Virus record (IMG/VR): IMGVR_UViG_3300045988_176326
Span: 1 to 17,002 of that record
Strand: one strand, 5' to 3'
DNA from: a virus
Length of the DNA: 17,002 nt
Shown: positions 1 to 7,382 of the stretch, one piece after another
Position numbering within the stretch: position 1 is the stretch's first letter
Layout of the letters: every line of letters begins with the position of its first letter
The notes under the pieces: model-generated
What the model saw: the letters and a program-made list of their open reading frames with translations, nothing else
What the model was told of the DNA's origin: nothing
Database searches by the model: none
Made by a program: the position numbers and the translations under genes

Positions 1-266
1 GTTTGCACGATGGGCGGAACGTCCGTAACAGGCTGGGCCTGACTGTAGGAGATATGCCCCGGTTCCAGCACCAGGCAGGAGCCGTCCTTGCATACCACCG
101 TCTTTTCCGGCGTCACGTCCACGGAATGACCGCAGCCAGTCACGGTGATATAGCCAGCAGCGGCCAACGCCCCGATAATGGCACCGATGACGTACTTGAC
201 CCAATTCCCCCAGCGGGCGGATGCCGCCTGCTGGGCCTTTTCAATGTCTTGTTTATTGATGTTCAT
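1..266 (-). CDS. Putative phage lipoprotein, 5' part only (gene runs off the left edge); candidate spanin or entry-exclusion lipoprotein
   Basis: Hand translation of the minus strand from ATG 266..264: MNINKQDIEKAQQAASARWGNWVKYVIGAIIGALAAAGYITVTGCGHSVDVTPEKTVVCKDGSCLVLEPGHISYSQAQPVTDVPPIVQ... There is no stop before position 1, so it is absent from the ORF track. It has a basic n-region, a hydrophobic core and a V-T-G-C lipobox. The ATG lies 3 nt after the stop of the upstream gene. Confidence 0.55.
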   Translation of the reverse strand, partial: MNINKQDIEKAQQAASARWGNWVKYVIGAIIGALAAAGYITVTGCGHSVDVTPEKTVVCKDGSCLVLEPGHISYSQAQPVTDVPPIVQ

Positions 267-269
267 GGT

Positions 270-677
270 TTATTGTTTAGTGAAATGCTTGAAAAACTCC
301 ACGGCGGCGGGTTCCGTGATGATAAAAGCCGGGTAGTCCGAGGCTGTAAAAATCCTGCGACCTTTTGTCTCCGCATGGACGGCTTCAACAGTCAAAGACA
401 CCGCATCAATCATTGTATAGGCACCATCCTCCGCAAGGGTCAGGGCATCTTTTCCCAGCCTTGCCCACACCTGCACCGCCTGCCAGTCCTCACCCAATCC
501 CACCAGCGCAGCAACTACGGACTCCATTGCCGGAGCCTGTTCCGCTGGTATCTCGTCCGCTGTGTAGCGGTCTGTCCGGGTGTAACCGTCCGCGTCCTGA
601 TAAATGGGCGTCAGGGTGAATTCCTGCCATGTTCCAGGCTTCGGAAACTGAATTTGTATTTCTGCGTCGTTCATCAT
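270..677 (-). CDS. Hypothetical protein downstream of the fibre gene (possible fibre assembly/accessory protein)
   Basis: 135-aa ORF. ATG 677..675 shares one base with the TAA of the fibre gene (TAATG). I recognised no motif; the function is inferred only from its position directly after the fibre gene. Confidence 0.6.
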   Translation of the reverse strand: MMNDAEIQIQFPKPGTWQEFTLTPIYQDADGYTRTDRYTADEIPAEQAPAMESVVAALVGLGEDWQAVQVWARLGKDALTLAEDGAYTMIDAVSLTVEAVHAETKGRRIFTASDYPAFIITEPAAVEFFKHFTKQ

Positions 678-2614
678 TAGAGGGGTATGTTAATGTCCAC
701 AAAATCTGCCGTTTCTTCGGCTTCAATATCGTTTCTTGCCAATGCTTCCAGCGCGTAATAAACGGGATTGATGTTGCCGGGCTGGTAGAGGGTGCGCACC
801 GCAGACCCCACCTGCATGTACACATCCCCGCTCGCGTTCCCCGGCAAATCAGTAACTATCGAACTAATCCCTACGCCCGTTTCAAAGGCATTAACGCCGC
901 GCACCGCCGCAATTTTATGCAGCTGCACCGTCTGCCCTCCGCCCGTCAGCAAATAGAGGCTGCCGTACGAAATATATTCGCTCTCGAATTTGTACTGGGT
1001 TCGTTGATGATAGATAATTTTATTAACGATTGAAGGTATAGGCTCGTTATGGGAGGCCGGAATAAAGCTGGTTGTGGTTTTCACTTTCCAGCCATCTGCG
1101 GCTGTCAGCGCGTAAATCTCACGCACTCGCACCGTATAGCCGTTGCGCTGTGTGTCTCTGATATTATCAAAGGTAATGTCCAGAATTTCGCCGCTGTTGT
1201 GGGCCAGATTGTTACCGGGGATGACGCTGTAAGAATCCAGCGTTAAATCAGATCTTGTCGTTTTGCTGCCTCGTCCGATGCCTATGGTAATTTTGCCTGC
1301 GCCGGGTATGCGCCACGGAATGGAGAATCCCGCAAAGTTGGAATAATTATGTTGACCGTTAGGCCCTGTGAAGGGAAAGACAATCGTGCTGTGAGTCCCG
1401 GCAGGCACTCTAACCTGCGCATACTGGCCGGGAATGAGAGCGGTAGTTGCCGCCGTCCCCGTAGCCGTAATGCTGCCCGTGTTGAGGTAGGCGTGCTGGG
1501 AAAAAATGTCCGTCACTCCGGCCAAGCCTGCGGCATGCAGGCGGTTGACCGCGCCCGTATCGGTCGGCGCACCGACAGCAAGAGGGATGTTGACTCCGCC
1601 GTTGGCGTTGACGGTGCTTGAAAACGTGGACGCCCCCGCGCAGTTGAAGCTGGCGCCCTGGGAAATATTCAGGATGCCGGATTCTAACATGAATGTCCCT
1701 CGCAGCCAGCCGCCCGATTGGAGATCAACGGACTGATAAAACCGGGTAATTCCGTAAATCTGGTTCAGGGTCCCGGCGCTTCCGCTTCCGTCCGGGTTGT
1801 TGACAACCAGAGGCCCGTTGATAGTAGCCGATTCAGCGGTCAGGGCTCCCCCGATGTTGACGTCGCCGACGTTGGACGTCAGCGTCCCGGGCTCTCCCTT
1901 TTCCCCTTGTAGTCCCTGGGGTCCTGCCGGACCTTCCGGGCCCTGGGGGCCCTCCGGGCCTTGAGGCCCCGCCGGTCCTGTATCTCCCTTCGGTCCCTGC
2001 TCCCCGGTTTCGCCCTGCGGCCCGCGTTCCCCGGTTTCGCCGCGTGGACCTTGCGGCCCTTCGGGGCCGGTTTCTCCACGTTCACCCTGCGGGCCTGACG
2101 GTCCCTGAGGACCAACATCCCCGCGGGGAATCGTGAAATTGAGCAGATAGTATCCCACTTCGGACCCCTTGACGGCTTCCGCGTTGGCGGGCGTCCCCGG
2201 TTCCCCGGTGGTGACCTGACCCACGGACAGATTAAAATTCTCGGCGTACTTTTTGGCCTGCTCCGCGTACCAGGCGGCGCTGGACGCGTTGTCAAGCATG
2301 ACCTGCACGCAGCCGCTTCCTTCCGGAAGCTGCACGACGACCGCGCCCGCCACGGCCTGCTGTTCGTCCGGCAAGTCCGGCGTCACCCGGCCCGAAGAAA
2401 CAAAGCGTCCGTAGAGGAGCGGGCTTTCCTCGCTGCCGTCGTCCATGAAAACGTCATAGGACCACATGCCCGCGGGAACCGAAGCCCAGGAAATTACGCC
2501 GTTACCCTCATCGTCGCGGGAAAAGCCGAACTCGGCGACGCCTGTCTTGAGACGGACAGCGCCGCGGAGGGTGACGCCGCTCATATCGACGGGATCCCCC
2601 TGAAAATCTACCAC
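677..2614 (-). CDS. Tail fibre / receptor-binding protein with collagen-like triple-helix segment
   Basis: 645-aa ORF. The first canonical start is GTG 2614; an ATG at codon 11 preceded by GGGGGA is an alternative, and the frame is also open further upstream. There are 26 uninterrupted Gly-X-Y triplets (aa 165-242), followed by a Gly/Ser/Thr/Asn-rich C-terminal region typical of phage fibres. Confidence 0.8.
   Translation of the reverse strand: MVDFQGDPVDMSGVTLRGAVRLKTGVAEFGFSRDDEGNGVISWASVPAGMWSYDVFMDDGSEESPLLYGRFVSSGRVTPDLPDEQQAVAGAVVVQLPEGSGCVQVMLDNASSAAWYAEQAKKYAENFNLSVGQVTTGEPGTPANAEAVKGSEVGYYLLNFTIPRGDVGPQGPSGPQGERGETGPEGPQGPRGETGERGPQGETGEQGPKGDTGPAGPQGPEGPQGPEGPAGPQGLQGEKGEPGTLTSNVGDVNIGGALTAESATINGPLVVNNPDGSGSAGTLNQIYGITRFYQSVDLQSGGWLRGTFMLESGILNISQGASFNCAGASTFSSTVNANGGVNIPLAVGAPTDTGAVNRLHAAGLAGVTDIFSQHAYLNTGSITATGTAATTALIPGQYAQVRVPAGTHSTIVFPFTGPNGQHNYSNFAGFSIPWRIPGAGKITIGIGRGSKTTRSDLTLDSYSVIPGNNLAHNSGEILDITFDNIRDTQRNGYTVRVREIYALTAADGWKVKTTTSFIPASHNEPIPSIVNKIIYHQRTQYKFESEYISYGSLYLLTGGGQTVQLHKIAAVRGVNAFETGVGISSIVTDLPGNASGDVYMQVGSAVRTLYQPGNINPVYYALEALARNDIEAEETADFVDINIPL
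1889..2122 (-). repeat. Collagen-like (G-X-Y)x26 coding repeat inside the fibre gene
   Basis: [78 protein letters not shown] counted triplet by triplet. The DNA shows the matching 9-nt-period GGNCCN-type repetition. Confidence 0.95.
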
Positions 2615-2683
2615 ACGGACGACCAGCGACTGGTTCAGCCCCGTGACGGTCCGGATATCGTATTTGCCTGCCTGCTGCCTGGG

Positions 2684-2716
2684 AAAAAAGAGGATGCGGG
2701 GGCGCAGCGCGCCCCC
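2684..2716 (-). terminator. Candidate intrinsic terminator / stabilising hairpin between the tube-like gene and the fibre gene
   Basis: Minus-strand RNA GGGGGCGC-GCU-GCGCCCCC (8-bp GC stem, plus-strand 2698..2716) followed by GCAUCCUC then UUUUUU (plus-strand A-run 2684..2689). The U-tract is 8 nt away from the stem, so it is not a textbook terminator. Confidence 0.4.
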
Positions 2717-2728
2717 TGGTGAAACGCG

Positions 2729-3286
2729 TCAGGAACCCGGAGTCGGCGTCTCGTCCTGCACATTGGAGGGCGTGAACTGGTACTTGCCGCGATAATCCAT
2801 CTCGAACTCGAACTGGGGTGAAGCAATCGCCGTGGTGTGTTCGGGGTCCTGCAGGAGGCGCAAGGCGCCATGCGCCGTTCCGACCAGATAGATAGTACCC
2901 ACGTCGTTCTGATACCAGAAGTGAAGATACCCCTCAATCTTGTTGTCGCCGCCATGTCCGACGGTAGTCGATTCCTCTCCATTGGAGGGAGGCGCTCCCA
3001 GAGCGAAAGACAGCTGGAACCATTCGGGGGACATGTCCGGCGTGGTGAAGGTCATCCGCTTGCCGGTCGTCGTGTTCTTGCGCTGCTGGCGGTAGCCCAG
3101 CGCGCCGCCGTAAAAGCGCGTCACTTCTCCTTCGACCTGGGTTGCGACGGATTGGAAAGCCCCCAAAAGCCCGAAACTCACCCAGGGCTGTTCAGGCCCG
3201 GCTGTCGGATCGGCGGGCGGAGCCGTGGGAGGCGTCGGAAACTGGTCCGGCCCGGTGACGTAGGAAACTCCCCCGTCTTCGGTCAC
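2729..3286 (-). CDS. Virion structural protein (tube/adaptor-like by position); 5' end uncertain
   Basis: 185-aa ORF from GTG 3286. The same frame is open at least 35 more codons upstream (TISSTRATTYDPTFTNRNVTPQITGVLAIFLPDGIK) with no ATG/GTG/TTG. It lies between the neck genes and the fibre and is followed by a strong hairpin. No family motif recognised. Confidence 0.55.
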   Translation of the reverse strand: MTEDGGVSYVTGPDQFPTPPTAPPADPTAGPEQPWVSFGLLGAFQSVATQVEGEVTRFYGGALGYRQQRKNTTTGKRMTFTTPDMSPEWFQLSFALGAPPSNGEESTTVGHGGDNKIEGYLHFWYQNDVGTIYLVGTAHGALRLLQDPEHTTAIASPQFEFEMDYRGKYQFTPSNVQDETPTPGS

Positions 3287-3393
3287 CTTGATGCCGTCGG
3301 GGAGGAAAATCGCCAGAACGCCGGTAATCTGCGGCGTAACATTGCGGTTTGTGAATGTGGGATCGTATGTAGTAGCCCTGGTGCTGGAAATGG

Positions 3394-3591
3394 TTAGTAG
3401 ATGATGGATGCCTTGCCGTCGGCTTCCAGTTTATCGGCGAGTTCTTTTGTAGCACGGATGCGCGCCCCTTTCAAGAAGGTTGAGCGCCCTATCCTCACTT
3501 CTTTGGCGAGAATGAGAATGTTCGTGTCGATGACGGCGGCCTGCTCCGTCTTCTTCTCCGGTTCGGTGTTTGATGCAGTTGCTTTGCTCAT
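3394..3591 (-). CDS. Hypothetical small protein (65 aa)
   Basis: ATG 3591..3589 overlaps the TGA of the upstream gene (ATGA). It has a charged N-terminus and a short C-terminal domain. No motif recognised. Confidence 0.55.
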   Translation of the reverse strand: MSKATASNTEPEKKTEQAAVIDTNILILAKEVRIGRSTFLKGARIRATKELADKLEADGKASIIY

Positions 3592-3851
3592 TTGATGTCA
3601 ACGAGGTTGAGGGTGGACAGAGCTTCCGCGACGGGCGCGGGAAGTTCCGGGGTGTCGGTTTTCATGGAGAGGCTGAGAACCAGCCCTCCGTCCAGTTCGG
3701 CGCGGGTGCGAATGACCCGCACGGCCTTCTTGTCAGTGGTTTTCTTATTTTCGTTGGTCGTTGCCGGCGTTTTGCCGGCGGTTTCGGAAGATTCGTCCGG
3801 CTTCGGGGCGCTCTTCCGCACGGCCTTCTTGTCAGTTGTTGATGTGTTCAT
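3588..3851 (-). CDS. Hypothetical small protein (87 aa) with duplicated TDKKAVR motif
   Basis: ATG 3851..3849 overlaps the end of the upstream gene by 20 nt. The Lys/Thr-rich N-terminal half contains the heptapeptide TDKKAVR twice, encoded by a perfect 21-nt DNA repeat. Confidence 0.55.
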   Translation of the reverse strand: MNTSTTDKKAVRKSAPKPDESSETAGKTPATTNENKKTTDKKAVRVIRTRAELDGGLVLSLSMKTDTPELPAPVAEALSTLNLVDIK

Positions 3852-4359
3852 TGAATTGCGGATGGTTTCTCATGTTAATATTAACCGGGACACGGTAATC
3901 CACGGTCAAAACGTTCATTTGCCTCTTCTCGCCGTCAATGATGGCGGAGGAGGAAAAACGGCCTTTGATTTTGGGTTTCATCATCGCCGGTGCGGAAAAG
4001 GGAAGAGGATTCCAGTTCCACAGGGCTTCTTCAATCACGTCCCCCACCGCCCGAAGATAATAATCAGGCGTCAGGCATGCCGCCGGGAACAGGGACGCGT
4101 TGTGATAAATGGAGGCGATGATGAAATACTGACGCCACATCGTCGGCGCTTCCGTTTGTCCGTGCCCGTCCTGGTATTCTGCCGCGTCCCCGGGACACAC
4201 CAGAACAACGCCGTTGTTGCCCATCGCCGACATGATGATGTCGTTGGCGGCGTACTGTGGGTCAAAGGGACGTTCGAAGATGTGGCAGTTCAGGGCTCCC
4301 AGGTTCTTCAGGCGCTCAATGATGCGCCGGCACATGGTCTGGTCGATGGAAGGGATCAT
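3832..4359 (-). CDS. Neck / tail-completion protein candidate (Mu gp37-like position)
   Basis: The internal ATG 4359..4357 of track ORF 3832..4464 forms an ATGA overlap with the upstream stop, giving 175 aa (MIPSIDQTMCRRIIERLKNL...). The function is inferred from synteny with Mu-type head-completion genes only. Confidence 0.5.
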   Translation of the reverse strand: MIPSIDQTMCRRIIERLKNLGALNCHIFERPFDPQYAANDIIMSAMGNNGVVLVCPGDAAEYQDGHGQTEAPTMWRQYFIIASIYHNASLFPAACLTPDYYLRAVGDVIEEALWNWNPLPFSAPAMMKPKIKGRFSSSAIIDGEKRQMNVLTVDYRVPVNINMRNHPQFNEHINN

Positions 4360-5021
4360 GGTTCGTTTCCGATGTTGGCGAGGTAGGTTTCCGCGGCGCG
4401 CTGCGCCATCCGGTCCATCGTCGGGAGAATTCCCGGCGTGGGCGGGATCGTGACTTCGCGGCACAGCACGTAGAGCACGTCGCCTGTTCTGGCTCCCTGC
4501 CGGAACAGCTTGCGGGCCGCTTTCTTTCCGGTAGATGATTGTGCCGTCTTGAGGATGAGGACGCCGGTCACATTGCCGTTGCGTCCTCCGTTTTTGGAGG
4601 GGATGAATTGCAAGTCCTCTCGGCGGAAGCCGGCGCTGTAAATGCTCCGGGCCCCGCCATGGCCGCGGGGGGCGTTGATGGTAGGGATGGCCAGGTTCCG
4701 GATCGGGTTCCCGGTGATTTCCGAGGTGCGCCCCGTGGGCCGGAGCGGGCCGCCCAGATAACCCTGCGTGCCGATCCAGTGAAGACCGATGCCGCGCCAG
4801 GCGATGGAGACGCTGACGCCCTCGGCGGTTTCTTCCATGGTGGTGGCGTCCGCCGCGCCGTCGTAGTAGTCCTTGCCCTGCTGGCGCAGGGTTTCCTGGA
4901 TAAGCAGGCTCAGGGCGACGCCGGCCTTGCGGATGGCGGTTTTGTGCCGGGCCGCGGACGGCTCCATGTCGGCAAACGCCCGGTCAATCGCGGTTTGGTC
5001 AATATGGACGGTTACAGCCAT
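4356..5021 (-). CDS. Virion morphogenesis protein candidate (Mu gpG-like position)
   Basis: 221-aa ORF. ATG 5021..5019 overlaps the upstream gene by 10 nt. It directly follows the MuF-like gene, as gpG follows gpF in Mu. Sequence similarity could not be verified. Confidence 0.5.
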   Translation of the reverse strand: MAVTVHIDQTAIDRAFADMEPSAARHKTAIRKAGVALSLLIQETLRQQGKDYYDGAADATTMEETAEGVSVSIAWRGIGLHWIGTQGYLGGPLRPTGRTSEITGNPIRNLAIPTINAPRGHGGARSIYSAGFRREDLQFIPSKNGGRNGNVTGVLILKTAQSSTGKKAARKLFRQGARTGDVLYVLCREVTIPPTPGILPTMDRMAQRAAETYLANIGNEP

Positions 5022-6148
5022 TTGGAGGGTAAAACGTAAGGGGTAGGCAGTTCCACGCGGAGGGCTCCGGCAACGTCTTCCACTTTCTTGACGTGCCCGG
5101 AATTAAGGCGCCAGGTGAATTCCCCCTCTTCCTTTGGGGAAACGGGGATATACTGGCGGGAGGTCGCGGCGGCCACGTCTGCGGGCCGGGCGTACCAGAC
5201 GCCTTCCGGCTCGGAGGACAGGCGGTCCAGCAGACGGTCCAGGTAGAGGGCCGCCAGCGTTCCGGCCACGGCTCCCCCGGCTGCCGCCAGGCTGAAGGCC
5301 TGGGCCTGGCGCAAGGGGATCTCTTCCGGGAAATCCCCGGACAGGACGTCCGCCAGTTCCGCGTCCGTGTAAGGGCGCGTGCCGTTCGGGTCCGTGTAGG
5401 CAAAGGTGGTATTGCCGTCGTTCCCGGTCTTGACGCGCACGGCGTCTTTCAGGATGCGGCGGATCTTGTTCCTGTTGGATTCCGTCACGCCTTTGGCGTT
5501 GCTTTCCAAGGTTGCGTTGAAGCTGGGGGGAGCGGGACGGACGCGCGACACGGCCAGCCCGGCCGCGCGGGCTTCTTCGGCGCCCACGGGGGCAATGTTC
5601 ATGCCGGACAGGTAGTCAAAGGGCGGGTAAGGCGTGCCAAAGCGCGAAAGGCGGATCCAGATATCGGAGGCCGCCAGCGCATAGCCGACGATTTCCCCGC
5701 GGATGAAGCCGGATGATACCGCTTCCGTGGCTTCTTCTTCCAGCCCGGCCCGGGCACGGTTCCAGCGTTCGGCCCAATAGCGCGGGTCTTCCCGCCCCTG
5801 GGAGCGGTAAAATTTGAAGGCGGCCGTGTCTTCGTCCTGCATCCAGTTATACCAGTTCCGGTAGCCGTGAGCCATGGCCGCGTTAGTTTCCATGACGACC
5901 TGGATGCGGACCCATGAGGACAAATCCTGAATGCCTCCCTGCCCCGTCGCCGGGGGGCGGTAGCCCTGCTGGCGCAGGGCTTCGCGGATGGCCCGCTGCG
6001 CTTCCTCGTAGCTCAAGGCCCCCGAGGCGACCTGGGACGCCTTGTCCTCAAAATCGGACAGGATGACGCCGGGTTCCACCCCGGACACGAAGAAGGCGCG
6101 TTCGGCGTAGTCGTTGTCGATCATCTCCATTTGGGCGGCGGTCATCAT
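5012..6148 (-). CDS. Minor head protein, MuF / SPP1 gp7-like, with long C-terminal extension
   Basis: The internal ATG 6148..6146 of track ORF 5012..6367 forms an ATGA overlap with the upstream stop, giving 378 aa. The segment WVRIQVVMETNAAMAHGYRNWYNW resembles the R-x(4,5)-(T)E-x(3)-A-x-x-G core I recall for the Phage_Mu_F family. About 200 further residues follow, including a hydrophobic stretch AFSLAAAGGAVAGTLAALYL. Confidence 0.55.
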   Translation of the reverse strand: MMTAAQMEMIDNDYAERAFFVSGVEPGVILSDFEDKASQVASGALSYEEAQRAIREALRQQGYRPPATGQGGIQDLSSWVRIQVVMETNAAMAHGYRNWYNWMQDEDTAAFKFYRSQGREDPRYWAERWNRARAGLEEEATEAVSSGFIRGEIVGYALAASDIWIRLSRFGTPYPPFDYLSGMNIAPVGAEEARAAGLAVSRVRPAPPSFNATLESNAKGVTESNRNKIRRILKDAVRVKTGNDGNTTFAYTDPNGTRPYTDAELADVLSGDFPEEIPLRQAQAFSLAAAGGAVAGTLAALYLDRLLDRLSSEPEGVWYARPADVAAATSRQYIPVSPKEEGEFTWRLNSGHVKKVEDVAGALRVELPTPYVLPSKWL

Positions 6149-6621
6149 CGGTAGGTGCTTCGCATGGGGTTGAACCAGGGGCGGCGCGTGTAGCGCGGCA
6201 TCATGTAGGCGGGATCCGCGGGCGCGGAGCCGTCCACGCTTTCCGGCAGCATGTCCCCTTTGGCGTAGAGCGCCAGCATCGCGTCCGCCGATTCGGCGGC
6301 CTTCTGGCGCGTCTCGGTCAGGTTGAGCTGGTAGCGCAGGTAGAGCTGCCGGATGATCAGCGGCCATGCCAGGGACCGCATGCTTTGCGGAATGTCGTAC
6401 ATGCCGCTGTTCTGGAGCGATTGCCGCAGGGCGAGGTTGTTGGCCAGCGCCCCGCGGATGGTCATGCAGACATCGTTGACCGCCTCCATCATGACATCCC
6501 GGTAGTCCAGGCTGCGCTGTTCCCCGGCTGTTACCAGGGCATCGCGTTCGGCGGTGTTGAGACCGAGCAGCCGATCGGCTTCGTCGGTGGAAATCGTGGA
6601 CCAGGCAGGAAAGGCGGACAT
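6145..6621 (-). CDS. Head-tail connector / head completion protein, Mu gp36 (DUF1320)-like
   Basis: The internal ATG 6621..6619 of track ORF 6145..7032 gives 158 aa. The part of that ORF upstream of 6621 overlaps the capsid gene and is Arg/Pro/His-rich. The segment IPQSMRSLAWPLIIRQLYLRY...TETRQKAAESADAMLALYAKGDMLP fits the DUF1320 pattern. The gene sits immediately after the capsid gene. Confidence 0.6.
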   Translation of the reverse strand: MSAFPAWSTISTDEADRLLGLNTAERDALVTAGEQRSLDYRDVMMEAVNDVCMTIRGALANNLALRQSLQNSGMYDIPQSMRSLAWPLIIRQLYLRYQLNLTETRQKAAESADAMLALYAKGDMLPESVDGSAPADPAYMMPRYTRRPWFNPMRSTYR

Positions 6622-6641
6622 GATGGAGGCGGGCGTTAGGG

Positions 6642-7382
6642 TTAATCGCCGGTGGCCGTCGCGTCGATGCGGACGATGGCGCTGGGGTTCGTCAACTTGG
6701 TCAGCGAGTAGACGCGGTTTGTGACGAGCGTCAAGGCCGGCGTCGGCTTGTATTCGGTAATGACTTCTCGGCGAAGCTTGCCGGAAAGACCGAAGGTCTT
6801 GACGGCGGAGGCGTCGAACTGCGTCGGGGAGTCTTCCTTGTACAGGACATAGACTTCGTTTTCCATGATGGTTTTCGCGTCGCCGGAAGCGTCGCGGTAC
6901 GGCATGGAGGCGATGTAAATATCCCGGATGGGCCGGATCAGAGCCATGCGAAGAAGGTCTTCGTTGAACAGGCCGACGCTGTTGAAGGAAACCACCTGAC
7001 GCGCGAGCGTGTTGGAGCGAAGCAGCTGCCATGCGTTGATGCCGAAGACAATCGTGTTCGGCATGTGTCCGGTTGCGGCGTTGATGGACAGGATCGCCTG
7101 GTCCAGATCCGCCAACGGGTTTTTCTGCTGGTTGGCCCAGTCACCCATCCCGGAAGCGGCCGGAAGCTGGCTCATCAGAAGCTTGGCGCGTTCGTATTCG
7201 TACGACGTCACAAACTGGGATTCGATGAGTTTGTATTCCGCCAGGGTGATGGCCTGCGCCTTTTCCCGGTTGACGCCCAGCAAGGCGTCAGGGATGGGCA
7301 GCGTCAAGCCGTAGCCCTGAAGGGTGTCGGTTTCGTTTCTTCCGCGCAGGACGGTCTGGCGGGGAGGTTCGCCCGGCCCCAC
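6642..7382 (-). CDS. Major capsid protein, lambda gpE-like family; probably 5'-extended towards 7595
   Basis: Lies downstream of the protease/scaffold and the DUF2190-like gene. The motif PNTIVFGINAWQLLRSN resembles lambda gpE NIIVFDPKGWALFRSF. The track start is GTG 7382 (246 aa, short for this family), but the frame stays open and protein-like for 71 more codons up to the TAA at 7598..7596. Confidence 0.75.
   Translation of the reverse strand: MGPGEPPRQTVLRGRNETDTLQGYGLTLPIPDALLGVNREKAQAITLAEYKLIESQFVTSYEYERAKLLMSQLPAASGMGDWANQQKNPLADLDQAILSINAATGHMPNTIVFGINAWQLLRSNTLARQVVSFNSVGLFNEDLLRMALIRPIRDIYIASMPYRDASGDAKTIMENEVYVLYKEDSPTQFDASAVKTFGLSGKLRREVITEYKPTPALTLVTNRVYSLTKLTNPSAIVRIDATATGD

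Noticed and set aside
3-680. 225-aa plus-strand ORF covering the left end of the window
   Set aside because: It is antisense to the lipoprotein gene and the 135-aa gene. It is Arg/His/Gly/Cys-rich and has no coupling or RBS context. Long antisense ORFs are expected in GC-rich coding DNA.
1889-2122. Collagen-like sequence considered as eukaryotic contamination
   Set aside because: The repeat is in frame within a 645-aa prokaryotic-style ORF. That ORF is embedded in a phage late operon and overlaps its neighbours.
1879-2295. 138-aa minus-strand ORF (Pro/Arg-rich) overlapping the collagen repeat
   Set aside because: It is an alternative reading frame of the GGNCCN repeat DNA. Its low-complexity P/R/G sequence is a frame artefact of the G-X-Y repeat.
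3592-4386. 264-aa plus-strand ORF, and similar long plus-strand ORFs at 5093..5716, 7065..7676, 8038..8811, 8264..8767, 9812..10348 and 14868..15509
   Set aside because: All lie antisense to well-supported minus-strand phage genes. They have Arg/Gly/Val/His-rich shadow-ORF composition, and many start at non-ATG codons.
6622-7032. N-terminal extensions of track ORFs 6145..7032, 5012..6367, 3832..4464, 15425..15901 and 16244..16837
   Set aside because: The extensions overlap the 3' ends of upstream genes in another frame and are Arg/Pro/His-rich. Internal ATGs give ATGA or short overlaps, with SD-like sequences where visible, so I used those instead.
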